NCBI GenBank assembly: GCA_040757555.1
Contig: JBFLWN010000001.1
Span: 1 to 51,127, forward strand
Reading direction: 5' to 3'
Length of the DNA stretch: 51,127 nucleotides
Source of the DNA: Patescibacteria group bacterium
GTDB taxonomy: Bacteria; Patescibacteriota; Minisyncoccia; UBA6257; GWB1-50-10
This document shows, piece by piece, positions 45,548 to 51,127 of this stretch. The notes beneath the pieces are model-generated. The model was not told the DNA's origin. It saw only the letters and a program-made list of their open reading frames with translations, and did not search any database. Position numbers and translations under genes: made by a program. Every line of letters starts with the position of its first letter. Positions within the stretch are counted from its first letter, which is position 1.

Positions 45548-46861
45548 TTAATCTAATCCCCTCACCGTTTTGCAAGTTTTAGTATATAAATTACGAAAAA
45601 TATTATTTGGATCCGTTCTTAGTTTTACCTCATCATAATTCTTTTTATTCCAGGTTTTCCAAAATTCTTCTTCAGAATAATAGTTATTTGAAATTAATGT
45701 TTTAATTCCACCGATAGACATAAGTTCTTCTTCCATCATTCGATAATAATTTTTATTTCCTCTCTTCTCCATTCCGTATATCGCAATATCCAAAAATAGT
45801 TCATCGTTATTTTTACTGAAAATTTCCGGATTTATCCATTCATATTGCCTCACAATTTTGTATGGAACATACCACAAAGGAAAATGATCTATTTCTTTTT
45901 TGTACCACTCAAAAAAATCGTTAAGTCGTGAAAATGGGATAAAAAGGTCAATGGTAATGGGAATTTTATTATCGGGAATAAGTGAATGGAATTTTTCCAC
46001 AAACCAAAGAGTCCTTGTTGAATTAATAAACTTTCCAAAAAATAGTCTACCGAGAAAAGATTTTGGAGATACGTTCGTCACCCCCTTTTCATATCTAAAA
46101 AAATAATCAGCTGTTTTAAGATAGTCCTCTTTTCTCTTTTTGGTACTTACATAGTAAATTTTCATCCAATCATATCGATGAGTATATGGCGCAGTATCTA
46201 CAAAATTACCGACCGAAAGCACACACTCCGTCGGAGAATGTATAATCCCATCCATAAAATCAACGTCTTTGTTGTGGTAATGTTCGAGCGTGGCTTTTTT
46301 ATACCCCTCCAGATTGTCATATTTTTCATACACAACCTTCACAAATTGTTTTGCGGGTAATAATTTGAATTTCAATTGAGAAATAATTCCAATAGTACCG
46401 AACGTTCCGTGTACCATCTGAAATACCGATTTATTTTCATTTTCTGGAGTACAAATTAAAACTTCACCTTTCGCAGTGATAACCTCGTATTCAATACAAC
46501 TATCATGAAATCCCCCATATTTATAAGACATTGATTCTAATGACGCCCCAGCAACCGCTCCTCCTATAGTAATGGTTTTCAACTCTGGGACCGTGAAAGG
46601 AACAAGATTATATTTAAGCGTTTCGTGTACCAAGTCTACAAAAGTTACTCCTGGCTCTGCGGTACAAGTCAATTGTTCTGTATCGATATCAATAATTTTA
46701 TTTAATTCACTAAGGTCAATTTTTTCATCAAAATACGTTTTATCATTTGTTTTGGGCACTTGATGAGAAACACTTTTTTTCTTAAAAGAAACCGGCGTTA
46801 CTTCTTTGCGTTTTTTCAAAAAATTAACCACTCTCTCAACTTTTTCTTTATGCATTACCAT
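45548..46861 (-). CDS. FAD-binding oxidoreductase (VAO/PCMH; delta24-sterol-reductase-like)
   Basis: AEPGVT, VPELKTITIGGAVAG..LESMSYKYG, GT.GII, DPNNIF.NLY.K. Confidence 0.82.
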   Translation of the reverse strand: MVMHKEKVERVVNFLKKRKEVTPVSFKKKSVSHQVPKTNDKTYFDEKIDLSELNKIIDIDTEQLTCTAEPGVTFVDLVHETLKYNLVPFTVPELKTITIGGAVAGASLESMSYKYGGFHDSCIEYEVITAKGEVLICTPENENKSVFQMVHGTFGTIGIISQLKFKLLPAKQFVKVVYEKYDNLEGYKKATLEHYHNKDVDFMDGIIHSPTECVLSVGNFVDTAPYTHRYDWMKIYYVSTKKRKEDYLKTADYFFRYEKGVTNVSPKSFLGRLFFGKFINSTRTLWFVEKFHSLIPDNKIPITIDLFIPFSRLNDFFEWYKKEIDHFPLWYVPYKIVRQYEWINPEIFSKNNDELFLDIAIYGMEKRGNKNYYRMMEEELMSIGGIKTLISNNYYSEEEFWKTWNKKNYDEVKLRTDPNNIFRNLYTKTCKTVRGLD

Positions 46862-46903
46862 GTGTTAATAATATCCCAGTTCGAAACTCCCGTCAGGGTA
46901 TAT

Positions 46904-46935
46904 AAAAAACGATAGGGTTTATCTATCGTTTTTTT
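46904..46935. terminator. intrinsic terminator
   Basis: AAAAAACGATAG-ggtttat-CTATCGTTTTTTT. Confidence 0.7.
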
Positions 46936-47054
46936 CAGGGTCCAGAACATAACAGTATTATAACCGTGTTATCGGATAGAAATTACATGGAAGAGTTATA
47001 TAGAAAATTCTGTTTTTTAAAGGAGATGATAAGGTTGGAGAAATAGCAAAAACT

Positions 47055-47552
47055 CTATTCTTCAGTGCAATTAACCCCAAAAGAATAATATGGATTTTCT
47101 ACGTCACCACTAGTCAGAGTGATCTTTGTTTTCTTAATTGTTTTTATAATCAAGGCAGTATCAGAATAAATTTGTCGGAGTATTTTTTTAAAAAGAATAG
47201 TTTCCTCTTTTTTTTTATAAATCGTCGTTATAAAACCATACTCCTTCAGAAAAAGTCTGAATTCACGATCAAATGATCTAAAAAGTCCAAAATCATAAAG
47301 AGCTTCTAAATGTTCTTTTGATTTGGGTGGTAATTTAATTTTTTGTAAAAGATCTTTTATAGCTTTTGTATCTTCTATTTCGGTGTGTAGTGCCCAATTG
47401 CAATAAAATCTTAATATCCCATATTTTCCATCTCCTTTATGATCGATGTCCAAAATTTTCCGCACCCTCGAAAGTATGTAAACAACTTGTGGTTCTCCGG
47501 TTATCGGCACCATTAACTCAAAACGTAATTTTTCCTTTATATCATTTACCAT
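47055..47552 (-). CDS. hypothetical protein
   Basis: 165-aa ORF, RFYCNWALH motif, directly downstream of the ATPase-nuclease gene. Confidence 0.7.
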   Translation of the reverse strand: MVNDIKEKLRFELMVPITGEPQVVYILSRVRKILDIDHKGDGKYGILRFYCNWALHTEIEDTKAIKDLLQKIKLPPKSKEHLEALYDFGLFRSFDREFRLFLKEYGFITTIYKKKEETILFKKILRQIYSDTALIIKTIKKTKITLTSGDVENPYYSFGVNCTEE

Positions 47553-47576
47553 GCATCAATGGGAATTATATTAAAA

Positions 47577-49592
47577 TTACTCTATTTGTAATTTCTTAAA
47601 AAATATTTTATTTCTAATATTTGCATCCTTTAGAAGCTTTGAAAAACTGATTATTTCAATATACATACGAAACCCACCGTGATACCCAAAGTATCCTTGA
47701 TCATCGGGACTCTCGGTCAATTGGTGCCGTTTAGCAAACTCTCTTATCCTATCCACTACATCGCAAATAATATATCCATAAACTGGTGTATTACCATTAA
47801 CCCTTACCTTTTCCACGCCTTTTGGTGTTTCATATTTTCCAGCTCTGATTTCCTCTAGATATTTTCCTATTTGATTAATTGGATCGTCTTCGTCTTTGTA
47901 ATCTTCTCTTTTAGGACGCTTGAATTCAAAAATAGTTAGAGGATTACTGAATTCATTATCACCACTTCTAAATGCTCTCTTTTTATCAAAAACAACTAGA
48001 TCGGGCTCTTTTGGGGACTGTTTCTTGTTTATTTTCTTATCAGAAGCAATAAATTCAGAGAAAACTAATCTCTCATCTAGTAACCAAAGATTGTGATCCT
48101 CATAATTAACACAAGTTGAATCTTTCCCCATTGGAAAAATCACACTATGAATCTCATTCTCGTATTTAGTGGATCCATCGTCGTTTCTCTCAAGTAATTT
48201 TTTTAAAAATTCTAATACCACTTTTCTGTTGGAAACATAGTGTGCTAAATCACTTTTTCCAATTTCTGTAATTTTATTAATAAGCTCTTCTAGTTTCTCA
48301 GTAAATTTTGTAGTGTTATCAGATAATGCTTCCTCTATTTCTTTTTTAGTAGACTGCTCCCTCGAAAATTTAATTTTCTGAAGTTCTGTCTCAATCCCCG
48401 CCTCAGTAATATCATAAGGAAGAGAAGAAAAAGAAATGTCACTTAAGTACGGTCTGTACCACGGAGCCTTCGAATTTACATAATCTCTTACTTTCGATTC
48501 CTTTCTTTCTTGTCTAGGTTGAACCTCTGCTTTAAAAACATCTCTTGTGAGTTCCGCGGCGCGTCTTTCTATTTCTTTTTGGGAAAAGGGATGAAGGATA
48601 TCATTCTCTTTTTGAAATTGAAAACCATCACGTTCAGTCAAAACATTTGAATTCAGATAATTTCCAAATACATAAGTTTTTATAATGTAGTTTCTGTGGG
48701 TCATCTTATCCTTCTCATCTGTTATGGTGTCGTAAAAATCATCTTTGAATTCTGGTATGTACTCATAAAGAGCCTCTTCTGTAACCTGTCTTTTGTCGGC
48801 TACCAAACTAATTGAGCTCCGACCTCCTCCATAGAAAATCTTGAAAATCTTAATTTTAAATTCTTCTTTGTCTTTCTTATCTCCTGTCTCTAAGACAAAT
48901 TCTTTATTTTCAATTTCTTGTATCAATTCCCCCCTCCCTAGATAGTCGTTAAGAGTAATAGAATTTTTATTATCTTCTTCTTTTACTGTAATCTTCGGAC
49001 ATGAAAAACCGTCTATAGCAAAATAAAGTAATAGTTTTTCCAATAATTTTCTTGCTACTGTTTCTAATTTTTTATCAAGCTTATCAACATGTTCGTCTTT
49101 TAAATTTTCTAAGATAACTGATGTTCGAGTGTTTTCGGTATTTGCAAGTTTCTTGGATTCATTTTTGATAAAATTTTCATCTCCAACAAATTCAAATTTT
49201 CTCTCAAAATACTTCCCACCCTCCTTGTAGATACTCTCGATTCTAACGTTGTTAAAATATTTCAAAAAAGCGAACCTACCAAATCCTTTCCCTCCTTGTT
49301 TAATTTTTTGATCACTATACAAGGTGTTAAAGGAATTTAAATTTTCATCGTCAAATCCAATACCAGTGTCAGATATTACAATACCAGTCACAGAAGAAAG
49401 TCCGTCTTCGTCTATTGGTAATTTTTTATCCCTTCTCAATAAAACAACCTCTATTTCTCTTTTATTTTCCCCCGACATCTCCACCGCATCTACGGAGTTA
49501 GAGATAGCTTCCACCAAGGGTGTATACACGTTTGTTTGGCGAATATTATCAACCAATCTTTTTACATTTACATGGGGTGCGACCTGTTCCAT
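47577..49592 (-). CDS. GHKL (MORC-like) ATPase fused to a C-terminal PD-(D/E)XK nuclease-like domain
   Basis: EAISNSVDA, DTGIGF, GGKGFGRF; NLWLLDERL, EPDL...IFEFKRP, DPINQ..YL; alternative GTG start at 49664. Confidence 0.8.
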   Translation of the reverse strand: MEQVAPHVNVKRLVDNIRQTNVYTPLVEAISNSVDAVEMSGENKREIEVVLLRRDKKLPIDEDGLSSVTGIVISDTGIGFDDENLNSFNTLYSDQKIKQGGKGFGRFAFLKYFNNVRIESIYKEGGKYFERKFEFVGDENFIKNESKKLANTENTRTSVILENLKDEHVDKLDKKLETVARKLLEKLLLYFAIDGFSCPKITVKEEDNKNSITLNDYLGRGELIQEIENKEFVLETGDKKDKEEFKIKIFKIFYGGGRSSISLVADKRQVTEEALYEYIPEFKDDFYDTITDEKDKMTHRNYIIKTYVFGNYLNSNVLTERDGFQFQKENDILHPFSQKEIERRAAELTRDVFKAEVQPRQERKESKVRDYVNSKAPWYRPYLSDISFSSLPYDITEAGIETELQKIKFSREQSTKKEIEEALSDNTTKFTEKLEELINKITEIGKSDLAHYVSNRKVVLEFLKKLLERNDDGSTKYENEIHSVIFPMGKDSTCVNYEDHNLWLLDERLVFSEFIASDKKINKKQSPKEPDLVVFDKKRAFRSGDNEFSNPLTIFEFKRPKREDYKDEDDPINQIGKYLEEIRAGKYETPKGVEKVRVNGNTPVYGYIICDVVDRIREFAKRHQLTESPDDQGYFGYHGGFRMYIEIISFSKLLKDANIRNKIFFKKLQIE

Positions 49593-49663
49593 CACTGCAA
49601 AAAATTTTTTTGATGTATTTTTTTCCAATTCAAAATAAACTACATAAGAATAATACCACTCCA

Positions 49664-50227
49664 CTAATTAATGTTAAGTCTTGTGTAAAACACTTCTATT
49701 TCTTGTATTGGCATAAAAACACCGCTCCCTATCTCAAATTTTGTCGAGTTGTGCCCAGTAGGACAGCAGAAACTCGGCATTTGGCGGTCTAGATCTATCC
49801 ACTCCACATAGAACCCTCCATTATCTGCCGGTTTAATACGCGAAATTCCAACGTTCTCGGTCGAAAAGATTACTCTCCCACTCTTTACTATCACCCCATA
49901 TTGAGGACAATGATTTGACCCATTTTCACAGATGTTCAATATCTGCTCTCGTTCTCCATCACTATCTATATCAGCCTCTATTCCGTTCACATCAAATTGT
50001 TCCGCTTTCGGAAAATTAAACACATACGAAGATGTGGAATATCCACTTAAAAGGATTGATGCGTGTATGGTTGAAGAAACTATCTCACATTCAAAATATG
50101 CGCATCCAATATTTTGATCTAATAGTTTATTTTCTTTCACGAAGAAAAGTTGAAAAGCGATTGCGATACAAAAAATTACAAATTCAAAGATAATGATTTT
50201 CTTGTGTTCGATAAAAAAATTCTTCAT
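49664..50227 (-). CDS. membrane-anchored hypothetical protein
   Basis: N-terminal TM, DIDSDGERE loop, CCP motif. Confidence 0.7.
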   Translation of the reverse strand: MKNFFIEHKKIIIFEFVIFCIAIAFQLFFVKENKLLDQNIGCAYFECEIVSSTIHASILLSGYSTSSYVFNFPKAEQFDVNGIEADIDSDGEREQILNICENGSNHCPQYGVIVKSGRVIFSTENVGISRIKPADNGGFYVEWIDLDRQMPSFCCPTGHNSTKFEIGSGVFMPIQEIEVFYTRLNIN

Positions 50228-50361
50228 GAATTATTCGAAGAAATATTCAAATAAACTATTTTTAGGGAAGTTGGGAATAAATACATTCTCACTGACTTTT
50301 TAGAAAAAATGGAAAAATAAAGAGATTGGATTTCATTGGCTCTTCCTAATTCTATATAACC

Positions 50362-50673
50362 CTAATCTATACATCCGGAAACATTACAAATCTCATCACA
50401 TACATTTAGTCCATACTCATCTGTCTTGCAATCTTTTACACACTCAAATCCCTCGTTCATAAACTTCTGTTTCCCGATTGATAGACATTCTTGAGCAGAA
50501 GAAAATCCTGGTATTGTATAACTGTTTTCATAACACTCAGAATTATTCACTTTAGATTTACATACAATCAATGACCACTCATCTTTTTTGAATACTGTTG
50601 GTATAACAAAAATAAAAAGTAGTATAGCGACAATCCCACCAATGATAGAAAAAATAATTTTTTTATCTTTCAT
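50362..50673 (-). CDS. small membrane-anchored Cys-rich protein
   Basis: N-terminal TM, 8 Cys in the extracellular part. Confidence 0.72.
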   Translation of the reverse strand: MKDKKIIFSIIGGIVAILLFIFVIPTVFKKDEWSLIVCKSKVNNSECYENSYTIPGFSSAQECLSIGKQKFMNEGFECVKDCKTDEYGLNVCDEICNVSGCID

Positions 50674-50689
50674 ATTTTTGACCCTTAAC

Positions 50690-50858
50690 GTGCCGCTAGG
50701 AACACAAAGCTCCCAGCCAGCGATCCTTGCGGACCCATACAGGTTTCCCCATATGACGGTTCAACGTGCTCTGACTAGGAGCTTAATACGTTGAACCGTT
50801 TTCTAAACCATGCCGATTACTCGGTTTAGGTCCTGCCTAATGGCTATTTAGTTGTGCT
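50690..50858 (-). ncRNA. candidate highly structured RNA (5' leader of 50362..50673 or independent ncRNA)
   Basis: three GNRA-capped hairpins, a 12-bp stem, a 14-bp long-range helix and a closing stem; G-U pairs favour the minus strand; TATAAT at 50867-50862. Confidence 0.7.
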
Positions 50859-50893
50859 TTCATTATAAGTGTAAAAAAATTAAAATAAAACCA

Positions 50894-51127
50894 ATGACAA
50901 AGAACGGTGAAAAAATAAGAGAGGAACTCAAAAAAGAGATTATTGATACCCTACTAAGATCCGCCAAGAGAAACGAAAATAAAACTTTTTTATATCTCTC
51001 CGATATTGATGAGGTAGGACCGTCTTATATCGAAAGGGTTGGCTTCTTAGAATCACTTAAAAAAAGTGGGGTTATAACAAAATTTAAAGAAGTTGAGAAA
51101 GTAGATCAGTTTGAAGAATGGGATGAA
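50894..51127 (+). CDS. 5' part of a hypothetical protein running off the window
   Basis: ATG at 50894, open to the end (MTKNGEKIREELKKEII...). Confidence 0.6.
   Translation, partial: MTKNGEKIREELKKEIIDTLLRSAKRNENKTFLYLSDIDEVGPSYIERVGFLESLKKSGVITKFKEVEKVDQFEEWDE

Noticed and set aside
50588-50794. 68-aa plus-strand ORF across the structured element
   Set aside because: It is antisense to a credible gene and to the RNA structure, and shows no protein features.
50690-50858. Assignment as c-di-GMP-I riboswitch, raiA motif or HEARO/omega RNA
   Set aside because: Only fragmentary resemblance (GNRA loops, CCUAAAC); the order of conserved elements does not match what I recall of those families, and no IscB/TnpB gene is adjacent.
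1-51127. CRISPR array, tRNA, tmRNA, RNase P or rRNA
   Set aside because: No repeat-spacer periodicity or recognisable conserved motifs were seen by eye; a covariance-model scan would be needed to exclude divergent RNAs.
1-51127. Alternative genetic code (UGA=Gly, as in Gracilibacteria/Absconditabacteria)
   Set aside because: Full-length conserved genes translate cleanly in code 11, and several end in TGA right before the next gene.

Overview
Low-GC, standard-code bacterial DNA, almost all coded on the minus strand. The gene content (PG-binding S-layer-like protein, ClpB/HtrA/SIMPL/MgtC/PduO block, many small membrane-anchored orphans) suggests Patescibacteria/Parcubacteria (CPR); this is inference. 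Positions 1-27.2 kb are a large surface-glycan locus. It includes GDP-mannose-derived sugar enzymes (two Gmd paralogs, a perosamine-synthase-type aminotransferase, a His-type ColD-like dehydratase, an Fcl/ColC-like reductase, a sugar C-methyltransferase), many glycosyltransferases, Wzx, two FkbM methyltransferases, an AsnB-like amidotransferase, a GT-C and an O-antigen ligase/O-OST. The locus lies directly downstream of a 1130-aa S-layer-like gene. Positions 31-42 kb are housekeeping and stress genes. Positions 42-51 kb are an accessory stretch with a PAS-only sensor, an FAD oxidoreductase, a GHKL-ATPase/nuclease and orphans. Three observations stand out. (1) A four-helix-bundle (IVP/Avd-like) gene is enclosed by a perfect 20-bp inverted repeat built from AAATCTC heptamers, and about ten period-7 arrays, mostly five units long, are scattered inside unrelated genes and at gene ends. 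(2) A strongly structured ~170-nt minus-strand RNA candidate with three GNRA hairpins and competing helices lies at about 50690-50860. (3) A small MITE-like element appears to have duplicated a start codon. No CRISPR, rRNA, tRNA or transposase was recognised.
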